DNA of 57,962 nt from Candidatus Nomurabacteria bacterium. GTDB lineage: Bacteria; Patescibacteriota; Minisyncoccia; Phycocordibacterales; SBAW01. Positions 20,474-31,070 of this stretch are shown here, piece by piece. A model generated the notes under the pieces. That model made no database searches. It was not told the origin of the DNA and saw only the letters and a list, made by a program, of their open reading frames with translations. Location: NCBI GenBank assembly GCA_943349675.1, contig CALQZN010000001.1:1-57962 (forward strand), given 5' to 3'. Position 1 is the stretch's first letter. Each line of letters begins with the position of its first letter. A program made the translations under genes and the position numbers.

Positions 20474-21079
20474 TTAAATTTTTGTAGTAATAGTTTCGTA
20501 CATGCGTCTGAACTCGTGCTTTGCCCTATGTACCCGAGTTTTAACTGCCCCGACACTCAAGCCTTCAACTGCAGCTATCTCCTCTTGCGATTTGCCTTCG
20601 ATAAAAAATAGAGTGAGTACACGAGCAAACGACTCGGGCATTTTTGCAAACACTGACGCAACTTCGTCTATAAACTCCTTCTTTTCAAACTGCCGCAAGT
20701 TTTTATCTGGAATCAGCGCCCAGATTTCTTCGTCTAGGTCTGCCCGCTGTGCGCCTTCCTTTTTGCGTTTTGCGTAGTGGGTCAAGGCAGTGTTAATTAG
20801 TATACGATACCCCCAAGACGAAAAACTTGCCCCTTCTTGTTTTTTAAACTTTAAAGCATTGAGGTATATTTTTGTAAAAGCTTCCTGCACAACATCCTCT
20901 GCCTCTTGGCGGTCTCGGACAATACCCTGTGCTTTACGTAAAAAAGGCTCTTCGTACTTTTGTACCAGCTGTGCAAACACAGACGGTTTAGACAGCGACA
21001 AAAGCAACAATTCTTCATCTTCCATCGTTTGTGGAAGTGATACTTTTTCTACTTCATCTAAGGATAAGTATTCCTTCAT
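20474..21079 (-). CDS. RNA polymerase sigma-70 family (ECF-like) factor
   Basis: Region 2 is like DVVQEAFTKIY and region 4 is like IAAVEGLSVGAVKTRVHRAKHEF. Confidence 0.75.
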   Translation of the reverse strand: MKEYLSLDEVEKVSLPQTMEDEELLLLSLSKPSVFAQLVQKYEEPFLRKAQGIVRDRQEAEDVVQEAFTKIYLNALKFKKQEGASFSSWGYRILINTALTHYAKRKKEGAQRADLDEEIWALIPDKNLRQFEKKEFIDEVASVFAKMPESFARVLTLFFIEGKSQEEIAAVEGLSVGAVKTRVHRAKHEFRRMYETITTKI

Positions 21080-21163
21080 GGTCACAGCATATATCATATG
21101 GGCCTCTATTCCTACAACCTCCCCATACGCCCTAAAGTTGCAGAGCGGGGATTTTTAAGTACA

Positions 21164-21763
21164 ATGGCCAGCATGCTTGAATATAATGAAATTTTGCCAA
21201 AAAAAGTAATTCTCATGGACGGCGAGCCCTATGAAGTGCTTGATGCGCACGTCTTTCGTAAACAAATGCGCAAACCGGTCAATCAGACAAAGCTCCGCCA
21301 TTTGATTACCGGCAAAGTGACAGAGCAAGCCTTCCACCAGTCTGAAAAAGCAGAGGAGGCTGACTTGTCACTTAAACCTGTTAAGTATTTATATACTAAC
21401 AAGGGTGAATTTTGGTTTTGTAGCGAAAAAAACCCAGCAGATAGGTTTACACTCACTCAAGACACTGTAGGGACTGCGGGACAATTTTTAAAACCAAACG
21501 CAGTGGTTGAAGCGCTGGTATTTGACGAGCCGGGCAATGACGACGAGGGTAAAATAATTGCAGTGCGTGTACCTATTAAAGTAGAGCTTACTGTAAAAGA
21601 AGCACCACCAGCCGTGCGCGGAAACACCGCACAAGGCGGCAGCAAACAAATAGTTCTTGAGACGGGGGCCACCATTAACGCTCCCCTGTTTATAAACGAG
21701 GGCGACGTGGTGCGCATTAATACCGAAACGGGCGAATACGTTGAGCGAGTAGATAAGAAATAA
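21164..21763 (+). CDS. efp: elongation factor P
   Basis: The sequence MASMLEYNEILPKKVILMDGEPYEVLDAHVFRKQMRKPVNQTKL is EF-P-like. The start is at M23 of the track ORF. Confidence 0.85.
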   Translation: MASMLEYNEILPKKVILMDGEPYEVLDAHVFRKQMRKPVNQTKLRHLITGKVTEQAFHQSEKAEEADLSLKPVKYLYTNKGEFWFCSEKNPADRFTLTQDTVGTAGQFLKPNAVVEALVFDEPGNDDEGKIIAVRVPIKVELTVKEAPPAVRGNTAQGGSKQIVLETGATINAPLFINEGDVVRINTETGEYVERVDKK

Positions 21764-21771
21764 TTTAAAAT

Positions 21772-21805
21772 AAAAAATCCCCGAGACATTCTCGGGGATT
21801 TTTTA
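21772..21805. terminator. bidirectional terminator (efp / rpsR convergent)
   Basis: The hairpin TCCCCGAGacattCTCGGGGA is flanked by A and T runs. Confidence 0.8.
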
Positions 21806-21817
21806 TTTGGAAGTGAC

Positions 21818-22018
21818 TTAACGAACAATGTAGGGCAAGAGTGCCATAAAACGAGCACGTTTGACCGCCTCTGCAAGTGCGCGTTGGTTAGGGGCAGAGA
21901 GGCCAGTCCGACGACGTGGCATTATTTTGCCATGAGGATTCAAGAACTTCTTCAATATCTCGGTATCTTTGTAGTCGATACGCTGGAATTGCGCGACGTA
22001 TGTATCTTTAGTTGGCAT
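21818..22018 (-). CDS. rpsR: 30S ribosomal protein S18
   Basis: The sequence ...[50 protein letters not shown] is S18-like. Confidence 0.9.
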   Translation of the reverse strand: MPTKDTYVAQFQRIDYKDTEILKKFLNPHGKIMPRRRTGLSAPNQRALAEAVKRARFMALLPYIVR

Positions 22019-22041
22019 GATAATTTTTGTAGTTATTACGT

Positions 22042-22479
22042 TTAAAAAGGAATATCGTCTGGGTTAATATCTTCTGCTGGGTAGTCTATCGCGTCATCCT
22101 TTGGATGTGCTGCTGGCGCTTGCGACGCTCCGGTGTCTGCATACCCACTACTTGCCCCACCACTACCGCGTGAACCAAATTGTACGCGCTCGGCGACTAT
22201 TTCAGTCCGGTACTGCTTGACCCCATCTTTGTCCCAACTACGGGTCTGGATGCGGCCTTCAATAAGTGCCTGGCTCCCCTTTTTGAGATACTGTGCCGAC
22301 GTCTCTGCTTGGCGACCAAACACAACTACATTGTGGAATTCTGGCACATCTTCCCACCGCTCATCTTTTTTAACACGGCGGTTAGTGGCTACTCCAAAAG
22401 ACGCAACTTGCGCACCCGATGGCAAAGACTTTACCTCTGGGTCGCGAGTCAGGTTACCAAAAAGAATGACTTTATTCAT
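22042..22479 (-). CDS. ssb: single-stranded DNA-binding protein
   Basis: It starts [16 protein letters not shown], has an OB fold, and ends in the acidic tail DDIPF. Confidence 0.9.
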   Translation of the reverse strand: MNKVILFGNLTRDPEVKSLPSGAQVASFGVATNRRVKKDERWEDVPEFHNVVVFGRQAETSAQYLKKGSQALIEGRIQTRSWDKDGVKQYRTEIVAERVQFGSRGSGGASSGYADTGASQAPAAHPKDDAIDYPAEDINPDDIPF

Positions 22480-22499
22480 ACTGCTTAGTATATACCTTC

Positions 22500-23027
22500 T
22501 TAGGCCACTAGGGCGTCTATCGACTTGTCGATATCTGCATCAGACACAGGGCCTGTTTTCTCTGCCTCTGCTTCTGGTTTTTTGATAGTCTCGCCTTCCA
22601 AGCGGTCAGAGGCAAACACGGCACGACGTGGTGCTTGGGTAATATCTTCACGCACAGTCTCGATAAGCAAGAAGCGCAGCACGTCGCGCATGCCACGAAG
22701 CGATATTTCGAACGCAGGGATTGCCTCGCGCTCGAGAGCAAATTTAATAAAACCAAAATATGCATCGTTGTACTTGTCACGGCGGCCAACATTTGCTCGC
22801 TCTACAGTGTACGCAAGCACTATTTTTTTTGGGAACTGCTCACTAATAATTTCAGCACTCCCAAGCGCTTGACGGACTTTCTCTACCACGCCTGCTACCC
22901 CGTCTTCTGGGATAGTAGGCACGACGTGAAAGCCGACCTCGTATACGACGCGCTCGCCTGCATCAGCAGATGAGTCAATCGCTTGGGTTAATCCTTCTTC
23001 AGGATGCGATTTTGTAACCATGGCCAC
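22500..23027 (-). CDS. rpsF: 30S ribosomal protein S6 (with N- and C-terminal extensions)
   Basis: It has an S6-like core, YEVGFHVVP...LAYTVER...YFGFIKF, and sits in the rpsF-ssb-rpsR order. Confidence 0.8.
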   Translation of the reverse strand: MAMVTKSHPEEGLTQAIDSSADAGERVVYEVGFHVVPTIPEDGVAGVVEKVRQALGSAEIISEQFPKKIVLAYTVERANVGRRDKYNDAYFGFIKFALEREAIPAFEISLRGMRDVLRFLLIETVREDITQAPRRAVFASDRLEGETIKKPEAEAEKTGPVSDADIDKSIDALVA

Positions 23028-23060
23028 ACTGTACCAGAATATTTGAGGAATGCAACCGGG

Positions 23061-23888
23061 CTATGACAGGCCAAAAACCCGTTGTGCCGTAAGGAGTATT
23101 TGCTCGCGCAGCGCCTCTTCCCCCACCCCTTTGATTTCGGCGAGTTTGCGGACAATGTCCGGTATGTACATGGGCTCGTTGCGTTTGCCGCGGTTGGGCA
23201 CCGGCGTGATGTAAGGCGCGTCAGTCTCGGAAAGCAGCATGTCCAGCGGTGTGTTGCGTACCACCTCGTCGTAGTCGTGCGTGAAGGTCACGACACCTGT
23301 GAATGACAAAGTGAAACCAATGTCGAGAAATTGTTTTGCCACTTCCCACTGTCCTGCAAAAAAGTGTACGTCCCCTTGTACTTTTGCGTGTGTTTTGAGT
23401 AGCTCCAGTGCATCTTTGTATGCATCCCCACCCTCGCCACTGCGGATGTGCAACATGAGCGGCTTGTTCAACGTATTGGCCAACTCTATTTGCGCAACAA
23501 ACGCTTCGTACTGTATTTTTTTTGTCTCTTCGTCGAGCCGATAGTAGTCGAGCCCACACTCACCCACCGCGATTACCTTGGGGTCTTGCCCCAATTTTTT
23601 ATAAAACTCAAAATCAAACACCTCGCCTCGGCTTACAAACTCCTTCCCACCCTCGCCAAGCTCTTTGGTGTCGTGGTACGACTTTGCGGTATGCACGGGG
23701 TGCAGCCCTATAGTTGCGTATACGTCGTCGCGACCCTGCGCCACTTCCACTGCCGCATGTGAGGTGTCTTGCTGGGTGCCTACCAAGTTCATCCCCACCC
23801 CTGCCTCTTTAGCGCGCGCAAAAACCTCTTCTCGGTCAACATCGTATGCAACAAATTGCACGTGTGTATGTGCGTCGAAGTAGCGCAT
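23061..23888 (-). CDS. tatD: TatD family metal-dependent hydrolase
   Basis: The sequences MRYFDAHTHV...GLHPVH...GECGLDY are TatD-like. Confidence 0.85.
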   Translation of the reverse strand: MRYFDAHTHVQFVAYDVDREEVFARAKEAGVGMNLVGTQQDTSHAAVEVAQGRDDVYATIGLHPVHTAKSYHDTKELGEGGKEFVSRGEVFDFEFYKKLGQDPKVIAVGECGLDYYRLDEETKKIQYEAFVAQIELANTLNKPLMLHIRSGEGGDAYKDALELLKTHAKVQGDVHFFAGQWEVAKQFLDIGFTLSFTGVVTFTHDYDEVVRNTPLDMLLSETDAPYITPVPNRGKRNEPMYIPDIVRKLAEIKGVGEEALREQILLTAQRVFGLS

Positions 23889-23890
23889 AG

Positions 23891-25324
23891 TTAGTCTTTA
23901 CGAGGGAACAAGTTTTCAGGTTTTTTGTTTTCAACAATAGCTTGTTTAAGCGCTTCACTAACCGCTGGCGTAAACGGGCCGAGCAGTCGAGCGATTGTAT
24001 ACAACTCTTGCGTAAGCTCAAAGATTATTTTCTTCCCTGCTGCGGCATCTGTTTTTACCACTTTAAACGGCTCTGTCTGGGTAATTTTTTGGTCCAATGC
24101 GCCCACTTGCTCAAATACAAACCCGAGTGCTTTATGTACCTCAAAATTTTCCAGCGCCTCCGCGTATTCTTTAGGAAATGGCGCAGCCTCTGGGTGCGTG
24201 CCGTTTTCTAAGTGTGTCTGCGCCAACTGCATAACCCGCGCGGCCAAGTTACCAAGTCCATTTGCCAAGTCAGCGTTGTACGCATCTTTAAACGCCTCTC
24301 GTGTAATGTCACCATCTTCAAACGGCGATATGTGCCGAGCCAAGTAGTAACGTACAGCATCGGTGCCATACTCTGCCAACAACTCTTCTGGATCGATAAC
24401 ATTCCCAAGTGTCTTGGACATTTTTTTGCCGCCCGAGGTAATAAACCCATGCACCAAGAGCGATTTGGGTAGTGGCACCCCCGCCGACAGCAGCATAGCG
24501 GGCCAAATAGCAGCATGGAAGCGTAAAATATCTTTACCCATCACGTGCACTTGTGCAGGCCAAAACTTTGCAAACAATTCGCCCCCTTGTCCGTACCCCA
24601 GAGCCGTAATGTAATTAGCAAGAGCGTCACACCACACATACATAACCTGGGTATCGTCGCCCGGCACAGGTATGCCAAGACTCTGTGGCCAGTCTGCTTT
24701 GCGTGGGCGCGAAAAACTTACGTCTTGTAAACCTTCGTTAAGTAATGAGAGGATCTCATTTTTGCGTGACTCCGGCACCACGCTAAACTCATCCGATTCT
24801 ATTTTTTCTTTAATAACGTTCGTGTATTTTGAAAGCTTAAAGAAGTAATTTTCTTCCTTTAAAAATTGAGGCTCCACTCCATGGTCAGGGCATTTGCCAT
24901 CTACTAAATCTTTCTCAGTGACAAATGCCTCGTGCCCCACACAATACAGCCCTTCGTATTCTTTCTTGTAGATATCACCCGCCGCTACCAACTTTTGCCA
25001 CAGTGCTTGTGCGCCTGGCCAATGTTTTTGTTGGTCGGTTGTGCGGATAAATTGGTCGTAGGAAATATTAAGTTCGCCAAACAATGACGCAAACTTGTCC
25101 ACAATCTCATCCAAAAAAATTATTGGGTCCTTCCCTTCTTTGCGGGCAGCATCGATCATTTTTTGCGTGTTTTCGTCAGAGCCGGTCAAAAAATACACTT
25201 CGTTTCCGACAAGGCGTTGGTACCGCGCTAAAATATCACTCACAGTGGTGGTGTAGGCATGACCCAGATGCAATTTTGCATTGGGGTAAAAAATGGGCGT
25301 CGTAATATAAAAAGTCTTGGCCAT
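23891..25324 (-). CDS. metG: methionyl-tRNA synthetase (short form, no C-terminal tRNA-binding domain)
   Basis: The HIGH-type motif is PNAKLHLGHAYT and the KMSKS motif is KMSKTLGN. Confidence 0.9.
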   Translation of the reverse strand: MAKTFYITTPIFYPNAKLHLGHAYTTTVSDILARYQRLVGNEVYFLTGSDENTQKMIDAARKEGKDPIIFLDEIVDKFASLFGELNISYDQFIRTTDQQKHWPGAQALWQKLVAAGDIYKKEYEGLYCVGHEAFVTEKDLVDGKCPDHGVEPQFLKEENYFFKLSKYTNVIKEKIESDEFSVVPESRKNEILSLLNEGLQDVSFSRPRKADWPQSLGIPVPGDDTQVMYVWCDALANYITALGYGQGGELFAKFWPAQVHVMGKDILRFHAAIWPAMLLSAGVPLPKSLLVHGFITSGGKKMSKTLGNVIDPEELLAEYGTDAVRYYLARHISPFEDGDITREAFKDAYNADLANGLGNLAARVMQLAQTHLENGTHPEAAPFPKEYAEALENFEVHKALGFVFEQVGALDQKITQTEPFKVVKTDAAAGKKIIFELTQELYTIARLLGPFTPAVSEALKQAIVENKKPENLFPRKD

Positions 25325-25333
25325 GACACAAAA

Positions 25334-26413
25334 CTACTGCCCTTCTGCACCGGGCGCAAGGCCCGACTTTACCAACAAACGCGCCTTTCTCTTTTCAATA
25401 TCGTTTACCAATTCTTGTATTGCCCCCGCAATAGGGACGGACAACAGTACTCCCAAGAAGCCCACCAGTTTAAGCCCCACCAAAAGCGCCAAAATAACCA
25501 ACAAGGGCGGTACACCCACCACCTTTTTTACTACCACGGGGTAAATCAAATGCGCCTCAAACTGCTGCACAATTACGTAGAGGCCTGTCACCAGTAGGGC
25601 TTGGGTCACTCCCCCAAACGAAAAGGCAATTATCACCGCCGGTATTGCTGCCAAAAATTGCCCAAACACCGGAATAAGCTCAAACAGCGCAGCAAGCACC
25701 GCAAGCAGCAGCGGGTGCGGGACCCCCAAAATCAAAAGCCCCAGGTACAACAACACCCCAACAATCACTCCCAGTATCAACTGCCCTTGCATCCATTTAC
25801 CTATTTTGTCTTGGCTGCGCTTCCACAAATCCAACACATACGCCTCGTGTTGTACCGGCGTGATAAGGCGCAAAAAGTCGTCTACCCCTGTTTCTTGCAC
25901 AGAAAAGTAAAATGAAAAAACCACAATGAGCACGAGAGACGTGAGTCCGCCAAAAAATGCCGAAACAGTAGTAAACATCCCACCCGTCGAATTTGCAAGG
26001 GTGTTTGACATGTCACGCAAAAAGTCAGCCGAGGAGAGGGTGCTGGCAAAGTTACCAGGCAACAGTCCATGGGTTACGTCTGCCAAGTTAAATGCCGAAA
26101 GCGTTGCTGGCAGCTGCTGCAAAAAGTTCGCGGCATCGTTTAAAACTGGCGGGATAAAAAAGAAGAGTATAGTAGAAAAAGCCGTTATAACTCCAGCGTA
26201 AATAAAAATGACCGAAAAAAGCCGGTTCGCTCCCTGCCGCATCAAAGCCCCTACCCCAGGTTCAATTGCCGAAGCGATTACCACCGCAGAAAGTACGATA
26301 AGCACGATGTCTCGCAAATACCACAATAGCCCCACAAGACCGAGCAACAGGAGGATCTTAACGACACTCCCCGTCGTGATATGGACGCTTATATCACGGT
26401 TTTCCATAGGCAC
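25334..26413 (-). CDS. AI-2E family transporter (PerM-like permease)
   Basis: It is a polytopic membrane protein with a typical UPF0118 layout. Confidence 0.7.
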   Translation of the reverse strand: MPMENRDISVHITTGSVVKILLLLGLVGLLWYLRDIVLIVLSAVVIASAIEPGVGALMRQGANRLFSVIFIYAGVITAFSTILFFFIPPVLNDAANFLQQLPATLSAFNLADVTHGLLPGNFASTLSSADFLRDMSNTLANSTGGMFTTVSAFFGGLTSLVLIVVFSFYFSVQETGVDDFLRLITPVQHEAYVLDLWKRSQDKIGKWMQGQLILGVIVGVLLYLGLLILGVPHPLLLAVLAALFELIPVFGQFLAAIPAVIIAFSFGGVTQALLVTGLYVIVQQFEAHLIYPVVVKKVVGVPPLLVILALLVGLKLVGFLGVLLSVPIAGAIQELVNDIEKRKARLLVKSGLAPGAEGQ

Positions 26414-26425
26414 ATACTACCACGT

Positions 26426-27814
26426 CTACCCTTTAATTTTAGCCATCAACATCTGTGCCAACTCTGCCACAGGCATGCGCTTCTGCTCGCCACTGTCGCG
26501 GTCACGCACAGTAACCGTGTCCTTCAGTTCTGCATTCTCGCCTAGCGTGTCGAAGTCAACGGTAATGCAAAATGGTGTACCAATTTCGTCTTGGCGGCGG
26601 TAGCGTTTGCCAATATTGCCGTTGTCGTCCCACACAATTTGTGGAATTTCTTTTTTAAGCTGCGTATACACTTCGCGCGCCTTCTCTACCAACTCGGGTT
26701 TATTTTTAAGTAAAGGAAAGACAGCAGCTTTAACCGGAGCCAGATGCGCAGGGAATTTGAGGTATACGCGCTTTTCTCCGCCCAACTCGTCTTCGGTGTA
26801 TGCTTTCACCAGCACGGCCAACAGATGGCGACCGACACCAAAAGTAGGCTCCAGGACATGCGGCACAAATTTTTCGTTTGTCTGCGGGTCCATATACTGC
26901 AAATCAACACCGCTGTGTGTAATATGATTTTTAAGGTCAAAGTCTGTGCGGTATGCAAGGCCGCCTATTTCATCAAACTTGTGCGGATAGTTAAAGTGGA
27001 AGTCCACTGTGCGTTTGGAGTAGTGCGCACGCTCTCCATCTGGGATCTCGACTTCACGGATGTCCTCTGGCGCAAAACCCAAAAGACTAAACCAGTTGTG
27101 CATTTGCTTTTGCCAATAGGCAAAATGTTCTTCCCAAGTTTTTTCTTCGATAAAGTACTCAAACTCCATTAATTCTAGCTCTCGTACGCGAAAAACAAAG
27201 TCGCGTGGCGCTATTTCGTTGCGGAAGTTGCGCCCAATTTGAGCGATACCAAACGGCAGCTTTGGATGATACGAGTCTAAGATGTTCTTAAAATTCACAA
27301 ACATCCCCTGCGCCGTCTCGGGACGCATGTATACAGTCGTGTCTGTACCATCGACTGAACCAACAGATGTTTTAAACATCATGTTGAACTGCTGTGGCGT
27401 TGAAAGGTCGTTACCGCCGGGGCTTTTTATTTTTTTCTCTGTAATGACTACACCCATTTGCTCAAGCGTCATACCCGTAGGGTCTACCCCAACATCCTCA
27501 AGCAGGTGGTCAGCACGGTAGCGTTTTTTGGTTTTTACATCCGTAACGAGCGGGTCGTTAAATCCACCCACGTGGCCACTTGCCTCCCATACTTTTGGGT
27601 TCATTAAAATTGCCGAATCAAGGCCGTACATGTCGTCACGCGACTCAACAAAAAAACGCCACCACAAATTTTCTATATTTTTTTTGAGGGCTACTCCCAA
27701 AGGCCCATAGTCCCAAGTACCCGCCAAGCCGCCATAAATTTCTGAGCCTTGGTACACAAAGCCGCGACGCTTACACAGCGACACGATTTTCTCCATTACA
27801 TTTTCTTCCGTCAT
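26426..27814 (-). CDS. glyQS: glycyl-tRNA synthetase (dimeric class II type)
   Basis: The sequences CKRRGFVYQGSEIYGGLAGTWDYGPLG and ...FRNEIAPR... are GlyRS-like. Confidence 0.9.
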   Translation of the reverse strand: MTEENVMEKIVSLCKRRGFVYQGSEIYGGLAGTWDYGPLGVALKKNIENLWWRFFVESRDDMYGLDSAILMNPKVWEASGHVGGFNDPLVTDVKTKKRYRADHLLEDVGVDPTGMTLEQMGVVITEKKIKSPGGNDLSTPQQFNMMFKTSVGSVDGTDTTVYMRPETAQGMFVNFKNILDSYHPKLPFGIAQIGRNFRNEIAPRDFVFRVRELELMEFEYFIEEKTWEEHFAYWQKQMHNWFSLLGFAPEDIREVEIPDGERAHYSKRTVDFHFNYPHKFDEIGGLAYRTDFDLKNHITHSGVDLQYMDPQTNEKFVPHVLEPTFGVGRHLLAVLVKAYTEDELGGEKRVYLKFPAHLAPVKAAVFPLLKNKPELVEKAREVYTQLKKEIPQIVWDDNGNIGKRYRRQDEIGTPFCITVDFDTLGENAELKDTVTVRDRDSGEQKRMPVAELAQMLMAKIKG

Positions 27815-27816
27815 AA

Positions 27817-29811
27817 TTATTGCTTTTGCACCACCTGCCCCATTGAGTTATTAAAACCGCTATCTGTGCTCAAAGATGTTGTAGGGGGCACAGCACTTGC
27901 CACTACAGGAACTTGTGCAAACCGATCTTGCCCCGTCAGCCGTGCTTCGCCTGTAAGCGCCGGAGACTGGCCTATCTGGCTCGTACTTGGGTTAAATGCT
28001 ACCTGAAACGCTGCCGTGCGCGCCCCAGCGCCGTACCCAGCACCCGGCTTTACATCGCCCAAGACCCACGTAACGGTGCGACTTGCAGCACTGTACTCCA
28101 CCCCGCTCCCCGCCTCTGCGCTCATAAACCGCACATACGGCGGCAGCACCGAAGAGACTGCAGTATTGGCTATAGTATTGGAAGAGTTGTTCACCGTCCA
28201 GACTATCGTGTACGTAGTACTTTGCTCGGCAACAGGCGGCATAGGGCCCGCGTTTACAAAGCTGCCCGAAAAATGTAGCGCCTGTGATGTTAATCCAATC
28301 AGCGACGCTATAGACACTCGTGCCGAAGCCGCCGAAGATACCGTACCAGACACTCTATCTTGCCCTTGCCGTACCGCCGAGACTGTTACATTTAAATCAA
28401 CTGTTGGATTTGCATACAGCGCCCCACCACTGTTCGGCGGCACTGTAGTAAAGGCAAAATGCAGCACCCCAGAGCCCCCAGGGGGGATAGATTCGAGCGA
28501 CGGCACCTGCGCTTTTGTCCAAATTATTGCCTTGTCTGATGATTGATAAAAACCATCAAAAGACTCTATGGAGTTTTTATCAAGCACCGCTCCTTTAAAT
28601 GCTAATTGGACCTCCAAGTTAGACACCGAGTCAGTCAGGTTGTTCTGCCATTCTACCGTACCTTGCACCTTTGTTCCTGCAGGAGCAGTAATAGATTCTG
28701 TCTTTCCATCCACCGCAATTACCGCACTAATAAACGGCCGCTCAACAGTGAGCGTTTGCGGTATGGTTAGAAATGGCACCCTAACTTGCGTGTCTGTTTG
28801 ATCAGAATTTGAGCCGGCAATAAACCGGAATACACGCTGGTCACCATCTTGGCCTTCAATTTTTCCAACAAGGCGAATCTTTTTACCTGCACCCGGCTCA
28901 ATAGTGCCCAAACGCCAAAGCGTGCCCCCAGCGTCAGCCACAGGGGTCGAGCGCACAACCGAGTATCCAAAAGGATACTGGGCTTGGATAACTACATTAT
29001 CAACTGCCGTGGCGGCGTTGCTTTGTACTGTTAGTTCTATATCAAACTGCTCTCCTGTGGTCGCTTTACTTGGAGCACTAACGCTAATAGAAATAGGCGA
29101 AGAACCAACAGTAAAGTCGGCCTCTACTTGTTTCTCAAAAATAGCGTTAGAGCCCGGGATGCTGTACTCGAGCCGTGCGCGCACTTTCTGCGGACTACCT
29201 TCTTGGCCGTAAAATACGGCACTCGCTGTACGTTTTATCTGCTGCCCCGAAGCAACGGAGCCCACGTTTTGCCGTTCATGCATAAGTGATTTTGTCTGAT
29301 CTTTTGGGTCACGAGCACCATCGGGATAGTCTATGACTAGGTCAGCGAGTTGCAGTGCTGCTTGGTTGCGGTTGTGTACAAGGATCTGAAATGACGTCTC
29401 TTTACCTCCGTCTATTAGAGACGGTGCAATAATTTGCATGTCGATATTTTGTGGCGAAATAGTGTTACCGCCTAAGAAAAACACGTACGCAGCAACCCCT
29501 GCACCCGCAGAAAAAAAGGCAAGCGAGAACAGGAAAAATTTTGTTGCAAACGATATTCGCTTTTTTTGTTTCATCGGAGTAAGCGCGTTAATGTCCCCAC
29601 CATGAAAGGAAGCTGGGGGTATGTGAGGCGCGGGAGGTGGCGGCACAGGTGGTGTCTTTTTTACTTCCTCCCAGACAACCGGCACAGGTTCTGCAGTATG
29701 AGTTTGCGGTAGTGGGGTTCGCTCTTCTGGATGCACTTCTGGAGCGTCCACACGAGAATAGAGCTTTTCTTTTAAGCCCTCAACAGAACCCCGTCTTTTG
29801 CCCCGCGCCAT
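27817..29811 (-). CDS. large membrane-anchored extracellular protein (hypothetical, beta-rich)
   Basis: ORF track. It has a charged N-terminus, one TM segment (FFLFSLAFFSAGAGVAAYVFF), then about 550 aa of beta-type sequence. Confidence 0.5.
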   Translation of the reverse strand: MARGKRRGSVEGLKEKLYSRVDAPEVHPEERTPLPQTHTAEPVPVVWEEVKKTPPVPPPPAPHIPPASFHGGDINALTPMKQKKRISFATKFFLFSLAFFSAGAGVAAYVFFLGGNTISPQNIDMQIIAPSLIDGGKETSFQILVHNRNQAALQLADLVIDYPDGARDPKDQTKSLMHERQNVGSVASGQQIKRTASAVFYGQEGSPQKVRARLEYSIPGSNAIFEKQVEADFTVGSSPISISVSAPSKATTGEQFDIELTVQSNAATAVDNVVIQAQYPFGYSVVRSTPVADAGGTLWRLGTIEPGAGKKIRLVGKIEGQDGDQRVFRFIAGSNSDQTDTQVRVPFLTIPQTLTVERPFISAVIAVDGKTESITAPAGTKVQGTVEWQNNLTDSVSNLEVQLAFKGAVLDKNSIESFDGFYQSSDKAIIWTKAQVPSLESIPPGGSGVLHFAFTTVPPNSGGALYANPTVDLNVTVSAVRQGQDRVSGTVSSAASARVSIASLIGLTSQALHFSGSFVNAGPMPPVAEQSTTYTIVWTVNNSSNTIANTAVSSVLPPYVRFMSAEAGSGVEYSAASRTVTWVLGDVKPGAGYGAGARTAAFQVAFNPSTSQIGQSPALTGEARLTGQDRFAQVPVVASAVPPTTSLSTDSGFNNSMGQVVQKQ

Positions 29812-29842
29812 GCATACAAGTATACATCATCCCCTTTTCGGT

Positions 29843-30355
29843 CTACCTTGTGATTGATATAGTTTGCCCTAATTCTGCAGCAGGTGCGCTGACTGTGATA
29901 CGACCCGTGGTAGTGTCACGCGAAATGGAGTAACAAGTGTTGTAGATACTCTCACTTGTATATGACGCCGCACAAGTGCTAGAGCCTGTAGGGTCGAAAG
30001 GAAGAGCCGTTATGTACGTAGGAACTAGACACGGCGCAAGGTCGTATCCTGTTGTGCCAGTCGTAATAGTCCCTCGCGCCCCACTTGCGCCAGCAACTTC
30101 ATAGGCAGCAGGTGGTGAGCCGCACATAAACACGCCTTTGTTGTCCGCAATGTTTTGACTTACCGCGTTTAAAATAGCCGTCACATTACTTGTGCGTTGA
30201 CTATTGCGCGCCTGCGCAAATTGTCTAGCTGGATTAATTGCCACAATCACGATAGTGGCAAGAATGGCAACAATACCAATAACAATTAAAAGCTCGATAA
30301 GGGTGAAACCACTTTGCCGAACATCAACCCGCGAACGTGCGGAAGGATATTTCAT
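29843..30355 (-). CDS. type IV pilin (prepilin N-terminal methylation motif)
   Basis: The prepilin motif is GFTLIELLIVIGIVAILA. Confidence 0.85.
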   Translation of the reverse strand: MKYPSARSRVDVRQSGFTLIELLIVIGIVAILATIVIVAINPARQFAQARNSQRTSNVTAILNAVSQNIADNKGVFMCGSPPAAYEVAGASGARGTITTGTTGYDLAPCLVPTYITALPFDPTGSSTCAASYTSESIYNTCYSISRDTTTGRITVSAPAAELGQTISITR

Positions 30356-30434
30356 TTTCTTAAAAAATTAGAAACTCAATAAATCTGACTTAAGCGTATC
30401 ACGAAAAAATAAACAACTACGCGACGTGCCCAGA

Positions 30435-30839
30435 CTATGTGGATACCTCTTCCCAAGAAATTATTTGAAACTCGTCGTCGATAACCACATCTAGGTTTGT
30501 GTGTGCTGTTTGGTACGTCGCACGTATAACAAACTCTTTGTATGCACCTGTAGTAATTATTGAATCTAATACACACGTACCACCTTCAAATGTTGTGGTT
30601 GCGTGACCTGAAAAGAGTGGGTCTTTTACAATATATAGGAGGGTCTGCTCGACACACGCATCCGCAAGCGCCTCACTACGCAACTTAAACTCTCTATCTA
30701 AAACATTTGAACGCACATACCAACCCCTCACACTTCCCGATGTCGCCAAAAGCAGCAAAGAAGCTGAGATAACAACAGCGGAGGTAAAAGCAATATACCC
30801 CCTTTGAGAGTTACGCATGCTTTTAAAATACCACATCAC
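30435..30839 (-). CDS. putative minor pilin or pilus assembly protein (PilX-like N-terminus)
   Basis: The N-terminal segment is RGYIAFTSAVVISASLLLL, and the gene lies in the pilus cluster. Confidence 0.45.
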   Translation of the reverse strand: MMWYFKSMRNSQRGYIAFTSAVVISASLLLLATSGSVRGWYVRSNVLDREFKLRSEALADACVEQTLLYIVKDPLFSGHATTTFEGGTCVLDSIITTGAYKEFVIRATYQTAHTNLDVVIDDEFQIISWEEVST

Positions 30840-30865
30840 CGAGGTACGTTTGGTATACTGTATCT

Positions 30866-31066
30866 ATGAGCAGTTTTCTTATTATTGGATTGGGTATTTT
30901 TGTATTTATAGTGGTTGTAGCTATTTGGTCTACGGACACCTCTACAGAAGCGCTCGAGATAGACGCGGAAGAGACTGCAGAAGTAACCGAGGAAGGACCA
31001 AACATAGAACCCCTTCCTCCTAAACCACAACAGGAGTATCAAGGAGGCGCAGGTGACAGTCAATAA
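30866..31066 (+). CDS. small TM protein with an acidic tail (hypothetical)
   Basis: ORF track, MSSFLIIGLGIFVFIVVVAIW... It is the only plus-strand ORF inside the minus-strand pilus cluster and has no clear RBS. Confidence 0.25.
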   Translation: MSSFLIIGLGIFVFIVVVAIWSTDTSTEALEIDAEETAEVTEEGPNIEPLPPKPQQEYQGGAGDSQ

Positions 31067-31070
31067 ATTT